Part shown: in pieces, positions 4,994-13,391 of the stretch
Layout of the letters: each line of letters begins with the position of its first letter
Numbering within the stretch: the first letter of the stretch is position 1
NCBI GenBank assembly: GCA_934476085.1
Contig: CAKSNE010000002.1
Span: forward strand, 28,188-60,187
DNA: 32,000 nucleotides
Direction of reading: 5' to 3'
Origin: an uncultured Eubacteriales bacterium
GTDB lineage: Bacteria > Bacillota > Clostridia > Oscillospirales > Acutalibacteraceae
Program-made: the position numbers and the translations under genes
Notes under the pieces: model-generated
Seen by the model: the letters and a program-made list of their open reading frames with translations, nothing else
Told to the model about the DNA's origin: nothing
The model's database searches: none

Positions 4994-7237
4994 ATGTTAG
5001 ATTTTAAGCAATGGGCCGGATTTACCGGTGAAAAATGGCGTGAAGAAATTAACACACGCGACTTTATTCAACACAACTACACACCTTATGATGGTGATGA
5101 AAGCTTTTTGGAAGGACCTACCGAAGCTACAAACAAGCTTTGGGACGAGCTTCAACAGCTTCAAAAAGAAGAACGTGCTAAAGGCGGCGTTCTTGATATG
5201 GACACTCATATTGTTTCTGACATCACTTCACACAACCCTGGTTATCTTGATAAAGATTTAGAGAAAATCGTTGGTTTACAGACTGATAAACCACTTAAAC
5301 GTGCTTTTATGCCTTTTGGCGGTATCAGAATGGCAGAAGAAGCTTGTAAAACTTATGGTTACGAGCCTGATCCTGAGCTTCACAAAATCTTTACCAGATA
5401 TCATAAAACACATAACCAAGGTGTTTATGATGCTTATACCCCGATGATGCGTGCTGCAAGAAAAAACAAAATCATAACAGGCTTGCCTGATACTTACGGC
5501 CGTGGCAGAATCGTCGGCGACTACCGTCGTGTAGCTCTTTATGGTATCGACCACTTAATCGAAGCTAAACAAGAAGACCTTGATAACTGCGGTAACGGTA
5601 AAATGCGTGACGATGTTATCCGTCAGCGTGAAGAAATTGCTATGCAACTTCGTGCTTTAAGAGAAATGAAAGAAATGGCTGCATCTTACGGCTTTGATAT
5701 TTCAGAACCTGCTAAAGACGCTAAAGAAGCTTGTCAATGGTTATACTTTGGTTATCTCGCAGCTATCAAAACTCAAAACGGTGCTGCAATGAGTGTTGGC
5801 AGAATTTCAACATTCCTTGATATTTATATTCAGCGTGATATTGACAACGGCACTTTAACCGAGTCAGAAGCTCAAGAGCTTATCGACCATATGGTAATGA
5901 AATTCAGAATGGTTAAATTCGCTCGTATCCCATCTTATAACGAATTGTTCTCAGGCGACCCTGTTTGGGCAACATTAAGCGTCGGCGGCGAAGGCGTTGA
6001 CGGTCGTTCAATGGTTACTAAAAACGACTTCCGTTTCTTACACACACTCGAAAATATGGGACCTTCACCTGAGCCAAACTTGACAGTTCTTTATACAGAA
6101 AACTTGCCTGAAGCATTCAGACGCTATGCTGCTGCAATCTCTGTCAGAACAAGTTCAATTCAATACGAAAACGATGATGTTATGCGTGTTGAATGGGGCG
6201 ATGACTATGCAATTTGCTGCTGTGTATCTGCAACTCAAACAGGTAAAGAAATGCAGTTTTTCGGTGCTCGTGCTAACCTTGCTAAATGCTTGCTTTACGC
6301 TATAAACGGCGGTATCGACGTTAAAACAAGAGCACAAGTCGGTCCTAAATATGTTCCGATTACTTCAGAATATCTTGATTATGATGAAGTTATCGCAAAA
6401 TACGATGAAATGATGACATGGCTTGCAAGTGTTTATGTTCATACATTGAACCTTATCCACTATATGCACGATAAATATTATTATGAAGCTGCTGAAATGG
6501 CTCTTATTGATACTGATGTTCGCCGTACATTTGCAACAGGTATCGCAGGCTTCTCACACGTTGTTGACTCACTTTCAGCTATTAAATATTCTAAAGTTAA
6601 AGTTATCCGTGATGACGATGGTTTGGCTGTTGACTTTGAAACAGAAGGCGACTTCCCTAGATACGGTAATGACGATGACAGAGCAGACGAAATCGCAGTT
6701 TGGTTGTTAAAAACATTCTTACAGAAGATTAAACAGTGCCACACATATCGTGATTCAGAGCCTACAACATCAATTCTTACTATTACTTCAAACGTTGTTT
6801 ACGGTAAAGCAACAGGTGCTCTTCCTGACGGAAGAAAAGCAGGCGAACCGCTTTCACCTGGTGCTAACCCATCTTACGGTGCTGAACAAAACGGTCTTTT
6901 GGCTTCACTTAACTCTGTTGCTAAACTTCCTTATGAATGGGCACTCGACGGTATTTCAAATACACAAACAATCAACCCTGACGCTCTCGGTCATTCAGAA
7001 GACGAACAGGTTACAAATCTCGTTAATGTTCTTGACGGTTACTTTGAAAAAGGCGCTCATCACCTTAACGTAAATGTATTTGGTAAAGAAAAACTGATCG
7101 ATGCTATGGAACATCCTGAAAAAGAAGAGTATGCAAACTTTACAATTCGTGTTTCGGGTTATGCGGTTAAATTTATTGACCTTACTCGTGAACAACAGTT
7201 AGATGTAATTTCTCGTACTTGCCACGCATCAATGTAA
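4994..7237 (+). CDS. pflB: Formate C-acetyltransferase (pyruvate formate-lyase)
   Basis: The C-terminal glycyl-radical motif is [12 protein letters not shown]. The active-site CC is in [13 protein letters not shown] lies 6 nt before ATG 4994. The track extension from TTG 4841 is a low-complexity leader and is rejected. Confidence 0.95.
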   Translation: MLDFKQWAGFTGEKWREEINTRDFIQHNYTPYDGDESFLEGPTEATNKLWDELQQLQKEERAKGGVLDMDTHIVSDITSHNPGYLDKDLEKIVGLQTDKPLKRAFMPFGGIRMAEEACKTYGYEPDPELHKIFTRYHKTHNQGVYDAYTPMMRAARKNKIITGLPDTYGRGRIVGDYRRVALYGIDHLIEAKQEDLDNCGNGKMRDDVIRQREEIAMQLRALREMKEMAASYGFDISEPAKDAKEACQWLYFGYLAAIKTQNGAAMSVGRISTFLDIYIQRDIDNGTLTESEAQELIDHMVMKFRMVKFARIPSYNELFSGDPVWATLSVGGEGVDGRSMVTKNDFRFLHTLENMGPSPEPNLTVLYTENLPEAFRRYAAAISVRTSSIQYENDDVMRVEWGDDYAICCCVSATQTGKEMQFFGARANLAKCLLYAINGGIDVKTRAQVGPKYVPITSEYLDYDEVIAKYDEMMTWLASVYVHTLNLIHYMHDKYYYEAAEMALIDTDVRRTFATGIAGFSHVVDSLSAIKYSKVKVIRDDDGLAVDFETEGDFPRYGNDDDRADEIAVWLLKTFLQKIKQCHTYRDSEPTTSILTITSNVVYGKATGALPDGRKAGEPLSPGANPSYGAEQNGLLASLNSVAKLPYEWALDGISNTQTINPDALGHSEDEQVTNLVNVLDGYFEKGAHHLNVNVFGKEKLIDAMEHPEKEEYANFTIRVSGYAVKFIDLTREQQLDVISRTCHASM

Positions 7238-7317
7238 GAGTATAAAAATATCCTCTTTAGCAAATGCTAAAGGGGATATTGTTGTTTTATAGAGAGTAAT
7301 TTTTTAAGGAGAAAAAA

Positions 7318-8052
7318 ATGGCTGAACTAAAAGGAATTGTTCATTCTACCGAAAGTTTCGGTGCGGCAGACGGCCCGGGCGTTAGATTTATCGTGTTTTT
7401 AAAGGGCTGTAATATGCGCTGTAAATATTGCCATAATCCTGATACTTGGGGCGGTAAAACGAGTGAAAGTATGACCGCCGATGAACTTATTAAAAAAGCT
7501 CTTCGCTTTAAAAGCTATTGGGGAAAAGAAGGCGGTATTACCGTCAGCGGCGGCGAACCGCTTTTGCAAATTGACTTTTTGACAGAACTGCTTAAAAAGG
7601 CTAAAGAAAACGGTATTCATACAACGATTGATACCGCAGGTCAGCCGTTCACCCGTGATGGTGAGTTTTTTGATAAGTTTAATGAGCTTATGAAGTACAC
7701 CGACCTTGTTATGCTCGATATTAAGGAGATTAATAATGAGCGTCATAAAGCACTTACGGGCAAGACAAACGAAAATATTCTTGATATGGCGAAATATTTA
7801 TCCGAAATCGGCAAACCAATGTGGATAAGATATGTTTTAGTTCCTGAAAATTCTGATTTTGACGAAGATTTAGAAAAGTTATCAGAGTTTATTGATACAT
7901 TAAAAACTGTTGAAAAAACCGAAGTTTTACCGTATCATACTTTGGGTAAATTCAAGTGGGAGCAGTTGGGTTTGCCTTATGAGCTTGAAAATATTGATCC
8001 GCCAACTGCCGAGCGAGTAGAAAATGCAAAGAAAATTTTAAAATGCAAATAA
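7318..8052 (+). CDS. pflA: Pyruvate formate-lyase activating enzyme (radical SAM)
   Basis: It has the CNMRCKYCHN (CxxxCxxC) cluster and a GGEPLL motif. It lies immediately downstream of pflB. Confidence 0.95.
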   Translation: MAELKGIVHSTESFGAADGPGVRFIVFLKGCNMRCKYCHNPDTWGGKTSESMTADELIKKALRFKSYWGKEGGITVSGGEPLLQIDFLTELLKKAKENGIHTTIDTAGQPFTRDGEFFDKFNELMKYTDLVMLDIKEINNERHKALTGKTNENILDMAKYLSEIGKPMWIRYVLVPENSDFDEDLEKLSEFIDTLKTVEKTEVLPYHTLGKFKWEQLGLPYELENIDPPTAERVENAKKILKCK

Positions 8053-8057
8053 TAAAA

Positions 8058-8097
8058 CCCCTGATACTGCTTATTAGTATCAGGGGTTGATTTTTTT
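8058..8097 (+). terminator. Rho-independent terminator of pflBA
   Basis: 11-bp stem CCCCTGATACT/AGTATCAGGGG with a 7-nt loop, followed by TTGATTTTTTT. Confidence 0.85.
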
Positions 8098-8174
8098 AAA
8101 AAAGTGTCTCCTTCTTTGAAAAAACTGCAACAGCTATGTTGACAGTAAGGAGTTTCAAACAAAATGTCCTATTC

Positions 8175-8188
8175 GTAGGGCGTGACGA
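8175..8188 (+). repeat. REP variant a, truncated inside the loop
   Basis: GTAGGGCGTGACGA is then replaced by unrelated sequence. No 3' arm is present. Confidence 0.7.
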
Positions 8189-8222
8189 TTTGATGAATGA
8201 TTTTCTATGCGACCATAATATC

Positions 8223-8249
8223 GTAGGGCGTGACGACCACGGCACGCCG
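8223..8249 (+). repeat. REP hairpin, variant a
   Basis: GTAGGGCGTGACGACCACGGCACGCCG, preceded by the linker CTATGCGACCATAATATC (8205..8222). Confidence 0.85.
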
Positions 8250-8270
8250 ATTAAGTAGCAACTAGATTAA

Positions 8271-8418
8271 TTGTTAGGTTGACGATAGGTAGTTTCAAAT
8301 TAAAGCTTTATTGTAACTTCTATCTTTCATGCGCTCAAGCCGTGCAGGCTGTCCTTTTGTCATTTCACAAAAGGACAAAAAGAAATTCAAGGAGTTCCTT
8401 GAAAATCCCGAACGCTTT
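8271..8418 (+). repeat. M4 element, copy B
   Basis: See 2519..2680. Hairpins are GTCCTTTTGT-CATTTC-ACAAAAGGAC (8351..8376) and TTCAAGGA-GT-TCCTTGAA (8386..8403). Confidence 0.85.
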
Positions 8419-8431
8419 ATTTTCGCCTACT

Positions 8432-8503
8432 ATCGTCGGCAACCAAACCAAGCTGTTAGGGTGAGTAGACATACTTTAACCTAACAACTTTATGGGTGCG
8501 GAA
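8432..8503 (-). repeat. M1 element, copy B1
   Basis: The reverse complement aligns with 2099..2170 with about 8 substitutions. The M1-M4 junction (GCCGACGATAGTAGGCGAAAA) is the same as in cluster C. Confidence 0.85.
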
Positions 8504-8570
8504 TTAAAAATATTTACTATTTTAAATATTTATATTATAATGTAAATATACTACTTTTGGGGGCGATTTT

Positions 8571-9287
8571 TTGAAACGGATTATTACATATTTATTAAGC
8601 GTTATTTTGGTGTTTTCTATGCTCGGCCTTATTTCCTGCGGAAACAGCCAAAAAAGGCTTGTTGTTTTAGGCGACAGCATTGCCGAAGGCGTCGGTGCAT
8701 CAAAACCGGAAAATTCTTATGCTAATATTTTAGCAAACGAGCTTGATTTTTCACTTGAAAACTTTGCAAAAAGCGGCGATACAACCGCTGACCTTATTAA
8801 AAAATTAAAAAAAGACGATGTAAAAAAAGCAATCAGCCAAGCGGATTTTATCGAAATTTCAATCGGCGGAAATGATTTTTTAACCAAACGTGATGAATTG
8901 CTCGATTTATATAATAATCGCAGCCTTTTGTCTTTGGCAAGCGAAGTCAGCGAAATTTCAAGCGACGTTGAAAAAAATATGAATAAAATCGCCGAAACGA
9001 TTACAAATATCAATCCAAATGCAAAAATTGTTATTCAAACACTATATACAATTGATATTTATAAGCTGAGAAGCACTCTTGAGCTTTTTATAGATGGATT
9101 TAATGAGATTTTCACAAATCTCGCAGAAAAATACGAAAATGTCAGCGTAAGTGATGTTAGAACTGCATTTAAAAACTCAAAAGAAAACTGTATTTCCGAA
9201 GATGAAGTTCATCCTAGTGATTACGGCCACAAATTGATAGCAAAAACTATAAAAGAAACCTTTTCAAAATTAGAAGAAAATAAATAA
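8571..9287 (+). CDS. SGNH/GDSL-family hydrolase lipoprotein
   Basis: TTG start with GGGGG upstream. Signal peptide with lipobox LISC. SGNH blocks are VLGDSIAEG, SIGGNDF and DEVHPSDYGH. Confidence 0.75.
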   Translation: MKRIITYLLSVILVFSMLGLISCGNSQKRLVVLGDSIAEGVGASKPENSYANILANELDFSLENFAKSGDTTADLIKKLKKDDVKKAISQADFIEISIGGNDFLTKRDELLDLYNNRSLLSLASEVSEISSDVEKNMNKIAETITNINPNAKIVIQTLYTIDIYKLRSTLELFIDGFNEIFTNLAEKYENVSVSDVRTAFKNSKENCISEDEVHPSDYGHKLIAKTIKETFSKLEENK

Positions 9288-9309
9288 AATTTGAATAATT
9301 GCTTTATTA

Positions 9310-9338
9310 TTGACAAATTGTTGAAATTATTGTAAAAT
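9310..9338 (+). promoter_or_regulatory. Sigma-A type promoter (TTGACA-17-TAAAAT)
   Basis: Perfect -35 hexamer with 17-nt spacing, and TG immediately upstream of the -10. It lies 36 nt before ATG 9374. Confidence 0.6.
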
Positions 9339-9373
9339 ATTTGTTAGACAATAAAAAATTTCAGGAGCAAAAA

Positions 9374-10849
9374 ATGAGAAAAATTCTTATGAGAGGCGCT
9401 CTTTCGCCTGTTGAAAATAATGACCCTTATGAAGTTTTGATTGAAGATTTAATCGGCACTAACACGGGTAATATGATTTTTATGAACAGCGTTTACAGAA
9501 CACTTATGGTCGAAGACACTGTTATTGATACAATTAAAATCCATAATAAAATTTTTACAAATGAAGATATCGAAGAAATTAACAACACTTATGATTGTTT
9601 TGTAATGCCGCTTGCTAACGCTTTTAGAAAAACTTTTATTAATGAGTTAAAAAGCCTTACTAACCTTGTAAAAAAATTAAAAATTCCATGTTTCGTTATC
9701 GGCGTTGGCGTTCAGGTTCCTATGGAAAGGTCTATGGAAGACTTTTATCCTTATAAAGATGAAGCTAAAGAATTTATAAATGCGGTTTTGGAAAAATCAA
9801 ATATAATCGGTGTTCGTGGCAAAACTACCGCCGATTTTATGAAAAGCTTAGGCTATAAAGAAGAAAAAGATTTTACTGTTATCGGCTGTCCTTCTATGTA
9901 TACTTACGGCGAAGATTTGCCTGATTTCAGCAATGTTTCAATTGATAAAAATTCAAAAATTGCAATAAATTCAAAACCTGTTCACGAGAAAAAACCTTAT
10001 ATTTATGAGTTTTTTGAAGAATTGGTTAAAAAGTATCCTAATTATACTTATTTTCCGCAACATATTCGTGATTTAAGAAGAGTCTTTTTCGGCGAAGGTC
10101 CGGGCGAACAAAAAGAATTAAAATTTTATGAAGATAAAAACGCTTTGGCTTTTACTAATATGCAAAAATGGTTTGATAATTTTAAAGGCTTTGACTTAAG
10201 CGTCGGCACTAGAATTCACGGAAATATTGCCGCTATCATCGGTGGTGTTCCTTCTATAATAATTCCGCCGGATAACCGTGTTTTAGAGCTTGCTTCTTAC
10301 CACAACATTCCGTATATCCCGATTAAAGATGTTGAAAACGGTATCAATTTTGAAAAAATTCTTAAAGAAACCGATTTTAACAGTATTCATATCGGTCATA
10401 AAGAGCGTTTTCATCATTATGTTGAATTTCTTGATAAAAACAATCTTGATCATATTTATAAACATAAATATGACGGCGACGCTCCTTTTGACAAGGTTGT
10501 TAAAACCACTATTGACGATACCGCAGTTTTAACTCCTTTTGACACTTGTGATACCGAAGAAAAAATCAAGCGCCTTGAAATTGCGAGAAAGCTTTATGAA
10601 AACAAATTCCGTGATACAATCGCAATTAATAAAGATTTAAGAAGAAGAACCAGACAATTCGATAATTTAGTTAAAGAAAATGAAAAACTTCATAATTATA
10701 TCGAGTCGCTCGGCACTGCAAGAAAGCTTGATTCTTTCATAACTTCTATTAAACATCCAAAGCTTTTAAAACTTGTTATTCAAGAGAAATTCGGCAAAGA
10801 TGTTACTGAAGAAGCAGAAAAAATTAAAAAAGAAATAGGAAAAATATAA
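9374..10849 (+). CDS. Polysaccharide pyruvyl transferase family protein with C-terminal coiled-coil-like tail (tentative)
   Basis: AGGAG lies 7 nt before ATG 9374. The track TTG 9341 falls inside the promoter. IGTNTGNMIF near the N-terminus and GTRIHGNIAAIIGGVPSIII resemble the PS_pyruv_trans family as I recall it. The last ~100 aa are K/E/R-rich. Confidence 0.5.
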   Translation: MRKILMRGALSPVENNDPYEVLIEDLIGTNTGNMIFMNSVYRTLMVEDTVIDTIKIHNKIFTNEDIEEINNTYDCFVMPLANAFRKTFINELKSLTNLVKKLKIPCFVIGVGVQVPMERSMEDFYPYKDEAKEFINAVLEKSNIIGVRGKTTADFMKSLGYKEEKDFTVIGCPSMYTYGEDLPDFSNVSIDKNSKIAINSKPVHEKKPYIYEFFEELVKKYPNYTYFPQHIRDLRRVFFGEGPGEQKELKFYEDKNALAFTNMQKWFDNFKGFDLSVGTRIHGNIAAIIGGVPSIIIPPDNRVLELASYHNIPYIPIKDVENGINFEKILKETDFNSIHIGHKERFHHYVEFLDKNNLDHIYKHKYDGDAPFDKVVKTTIDDTAVLTPFDTCDTEEKIKRLEIARKLYENKFRDTIAINKDLRRRTRQFDNLVKENEKLHNYIESLGTARKLDSFITSIKHPKLLKLVIQEKFGKDVTEEAEKIKKEIGKI

Positions 10850-10855
10850 AATAAA

Positions 10856-10890
10856 AAATCTCTGTTTAAAACAGAGATTTTTTGTTTTTT
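10856..10890. terminator. Bidirectional rho-independent terminator between convergent genes
   Basis: 10-bp stem AAATCTCTGT/ACAGAGATTT with a TTAAA loop. T-runs follow on both strands. Confidence 0.8.
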
Positions 10891-12916
10891 AAGATGAAGT
10901 TTTTTGTTTAAACAACTCATTTACGCTTTGTTTTAGCCCTATATTTTCTTCGCTGTCTAAATTCGGATCGGATTTTAAGATTTCTCCGGCAACTTTAGCA
11001 GTAGTTTTTAAAACTTCTCTGTCATCAAGAATACTTGCGATTTTCAAAGACGGAAGACCATGTTGCGAAACTCCGAAAAAGTCGCCCGGCCCACGAAGTT
11101 TTAAATCTTCATCCGCAATTTTAAAGCCGTCTGTCGTTTTACACATAATATCAAGACGAGCCTTCGCTTCTTCGTTTTCAGCGTCAGACACCAAAATACA
11201 AGTAGCCTTTTTATCGCCACGCCCTACTCGTCCACGCAACTGATGCAGCTGTGACAAGCCGAAACGCTCGGCATTTTCAATAACGATAATATTAGCATTC
11301 GGCACATCAACGCCGACTTCGATAACAGTTGTCGCAATAAGCAATTGAATTTCTCCGCTTGCAAACGCAGACATAACCGCATCTTTTTCGCTCGTTTTCA
11401 TTTTTCCGTTTAAAAGACCTAATTTATATCCTTTAAAAAATCCGTCTTTTAAGCTTTCATAAAATTTTACCGCTGATGCTAAATCGGTTTCGCCTTCATC
11501 AACCATCGGACAAACAATGTAGCCTTGCAATCCGCTATCAAGATGTTTTTTAACATAAGTATATGCTCGGCGGCGGAGCTTTGAGCCGACAGCATAGGTT
11601 TCAACCGACTTTCTGCCCTTTGGCATTTCATCAAGCACCGAAACATCAAGATCGCCGTAAATAACTAATGCGAGTGTTCTCGGAATCGGTGTTGCACTCA
11701 TAACCAAAGTATGAGGATTTTTGCCCTTTTCGGTTAAAGATGAGCGTTGTTTTACGCCAAAACGATGTTGTTCATCAGTAATAACAAGCCCTAGCTTTTT
11801 AAATTCAACATCATTTTGAATTAATGCATGAGTACCGATTATAATATCTATTTCACCGCTTTTTAAAAGCTCATAAATTTTATTTTTTTCTTTTGTCGGA
11901 GTTGAGCCTGTTAATAACATAACTCTGATTCCGCTGCCGTTCATCATTTTTGAAAGCGAAGAATAATGCTGATAAGCCAAAATTTCAGTAGGTGCCATAA
12001 AGGCAGATTGAAAACCGTTTTTTGACGCATTATATAAAAGTGCTGCTGCAACCAGCGTTTTACCCGAGCCTACATCGCCTTGTAACAACCTGTTCATCGG
12101 AACTTCGCTTTTGCAATCGTCTACCCCTGATTTAATTGCCCTTAACTGTGCATTTGTTGGCGTAAACGGCAATTTATTTAAAAATTCATTGGTATAATCG
12201 TTTGAAATTGCATTGGTTTTTTCTTCTCTTGTTCTTTTACGAAGTTTTAAAAGTCCTAATTGCAATTCTAACAGCTCTTCAAACACAAGACGCTTTTTTG
12301 CAATTTCAACCGCTTGCATATCATCGGGAAAATGAATTTTTTCAATTGCATAGCGTTTATGACAAAGTTTATATTTTTCTCGAATACTTTTTGGCAAAGG
12401 ATCGGATAAATCATCGTCTATAAGCGATATCGCCTGTGAAACGCATTTTTCAATAAATTTTGAATTCAGCCCTTCGGTTGCATGGTATATAGGGCGAATT
12501 TTTTCGCTTGAAACCTCTTCAATTGCCGGCGAACTCATTTCTTTTCTGAAAAAATTACCTTTAACTTTGCCGAAAAATAAAAATTCTCCGCCACGATAAA
12601 GTTTTTCTGCGGTGTATTTTGTGTTAAAAAGCGTAACATACATATTAAATTCGCCGTCGGTAACGGTAAATTTATAAAGCGTAAGCCCTTTTCTGATTTT
12701 AGCTTCATGAATTGCCGATGAAATACAGCCCTTTACACAACAATTTTCACCGAGAGGAGCGGTTGAAACAGTATAACAATTGCTCCAATCTTCATAATGA
12801 CGCGGAAAAAATTCAAGCAAATCATCAACAGAATTAATACCGAGTTTTTTAAACTTTTCAATTCGTTTTTTGCCAAGACCGCCGATTTTAGTCAGATCGG
12901 CATTAGTATATTTCAT
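10889..12916 (-). CDS. recG: ATP-dependent DNA helicase RecG
   Basis: 675 aa. Walker A is GDVGSGKT, motif II is DEQHRFG and motif VI is QLRGRVGRG. An N-terminal wedge-type region is present. Confidence 0.95.
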   Translation of the reverse strand: MKYTNADLTKIGGLGKKRIEKFKKLGINSVDDLLEFFPRHYEDWSNCYTVSTAPLGENCCVKGCISSAIHEAKIRKGLTLYKFTVTDGEFNMYVTLFNTKYTAEKLYRGGEFLFFGKVKGNFFRKEMSSPAIEEVSSEKIRPIYHATEGLNSKFIEKCVSQAISLIDDDLSDPLPKSIREKYKLCHKRYAIEKIHFPDDMQAVEIAKKRLVFEELLELQLGLLKLRKRTREEKTNAISNDYTNEFLNKLPFTPTNAQLRAIKSGVDDCKSEVPMNRLLQGDVGSGKTLVAAALLYNASKNGFQSAFMAPTEILAYQHYSSLSKMMNGSGIRVMLLTGSTPTKEKNKIYELLKSGEIDIIIGTHALIQNDVEFKKLGLVITDEQHRFGVKQRSSLTEKGKNPHTLVMSATPIPRTLALVIYGDLDVSVLDEMPKGRKSVETYAVGSKLRRRAYTYVKKHLDSGLQGYIVCPMVDEGETDLASAVKFYESLKDGFFKGYKLGLLNGKMKTSEKDAVMSAFASGEIQLLIATTVIEVGVDVPNANIIVIENAERFGLSQLHQLRGRVGRGDKKATCILVSDAENEEAKARLDIMCKTTDGFKIADEDLKLRGPGDFFGVSQHGLPSLKIASILDDREVLKTTAKVAGEILKSDPNLDSEENIGLKQSVNELFKQKTSS

Positions 12917-12956
12917 CTTTTTTCACCGCCTTTTTTTAACACTGAAATTAAAAAAT

Positions 12957-13322
12957 TTATTTTACCAACAATTGACCGCCGAAAACCGCAAAAATACTTA
13001 AAACAACGCTTAAAACTATATACAAAATTGCAAGCCACACTTTACCGGTTGAAATTAAATCTCCGGTTTCAAAAGCGAATGTTGAAAATGTAGTAAATCC
13101 ACCGCAAACACCAATTTTAAGCATTAAAATCAGTTTTTCTGAAATATACGGATTTTTTGCTGAAAGGCTTACAATAATTCCGATTAAAAATGCACCGACT
13201 ATATTAATAACAAGCGTTTTTATCGGAAAAACGCTGCCGCTTTTTATTGGAATTAATCCGATTAAATATCTTAAAATGCTGCCGAGTGCACCGCCAAGCC
13301 CTACTAAAATACAATTAACCAT
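12957..13322 (-). CDS. crcB: Fluoride ion channel CrcB/FluC
   Basis: 121 aa, four TM segments, with the GGFTTFSTF signature. Confidence 0.85.
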   Translation of the reverse strand: MVNCILVGLGGALGSILRYLIGLIPIKSGSVFPIKTLVINIVGAFLIGIIVSLSAKNPYISEKLILMLKIGVCGGFTTFSTFAFETGDLISTGKVWLAILYIVLSVVLSIFAVFGGQLLVK

Positions 13323-13340
13323 TTAAAATTCTGCCTTTTC

Positions 13341-13375
13341 TTTTTTTACGAAAAACGGGCGGAAAAATCCGCCCG
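13341..13375 (-). terminator. Rho-independent terminator after the DAK2-domain gene
   Basis: The minus strand reads CGGGCGGA-TTTT-TCCGCCCG followed by TTTTTCG. Confidence 0.8.
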
Positions 13376-13391
13376 ATAATCTATCAATATT

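Larger units (their letters stand above)
8139..8503. repeat. Mosaic repeat cluster B (order: M4 left-end fragment, truncated REP a, linker, REP a, M4, M1)
   Basis: Direct comparison with clusters A and C. TTGACAGTAAGGAGTTTCAAAC (8140..8161) resembles the M4 start TTGACGATAGGTAGTTTCAAAT (8279..8300). Confidence 0.9.

Noticed and set aside
7820-7828. Perfect DnaA-box 9-mer TGTGGATAA, raising the question of an origin near gyrBA
   Set aside because: It is a single occurrence inside the pflA coding sequence. No cluster of boxes or AT-rich unwinding element was seen in any intergenic tract of this window.
8279-8464. Track ORF 8279..8464 (61 aa, plus strand)
   Set aside because: It lies entirely within M4 and M1 repeat sequence. 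Its peptide (LSFHKRTKRNSRSSLKIPNA) is the same hairpin read-through seen in the ORF at 2395..2673.
8571-10849. SGNH hydrolase plus putative pyruvyl transferase considered as a small accessory or glycan-modification island
   Set aside because: The segment holds only two genes, each with its own ordinary promoter and terminator. There are no mobility genes or integration scars apart from the neighbouring repeat cluster, so the evidence for an island is insufficient.
11214-11227. REP-head-like 14-mer (reverse complement GTAGGGCGTGGCGA) inside recG
   Set aside because: It encodes the conserved helicase motif VI (GRVGRGD) and has no downstream complementary arm. The resemblance to the REP head is explained by codon usage for V-G-R.
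13323-13391. Possible fluoride riboswitch upstream of crcB
   Set aside because: The 69-nt spacer contains only a terminator hairpin (CGGGCGGA/TCCGCCCG plus a U-run) belonging to the upstream gene. I could not find the conserved crcB-motif elements (the GAUG-containing pseudoknot segments).
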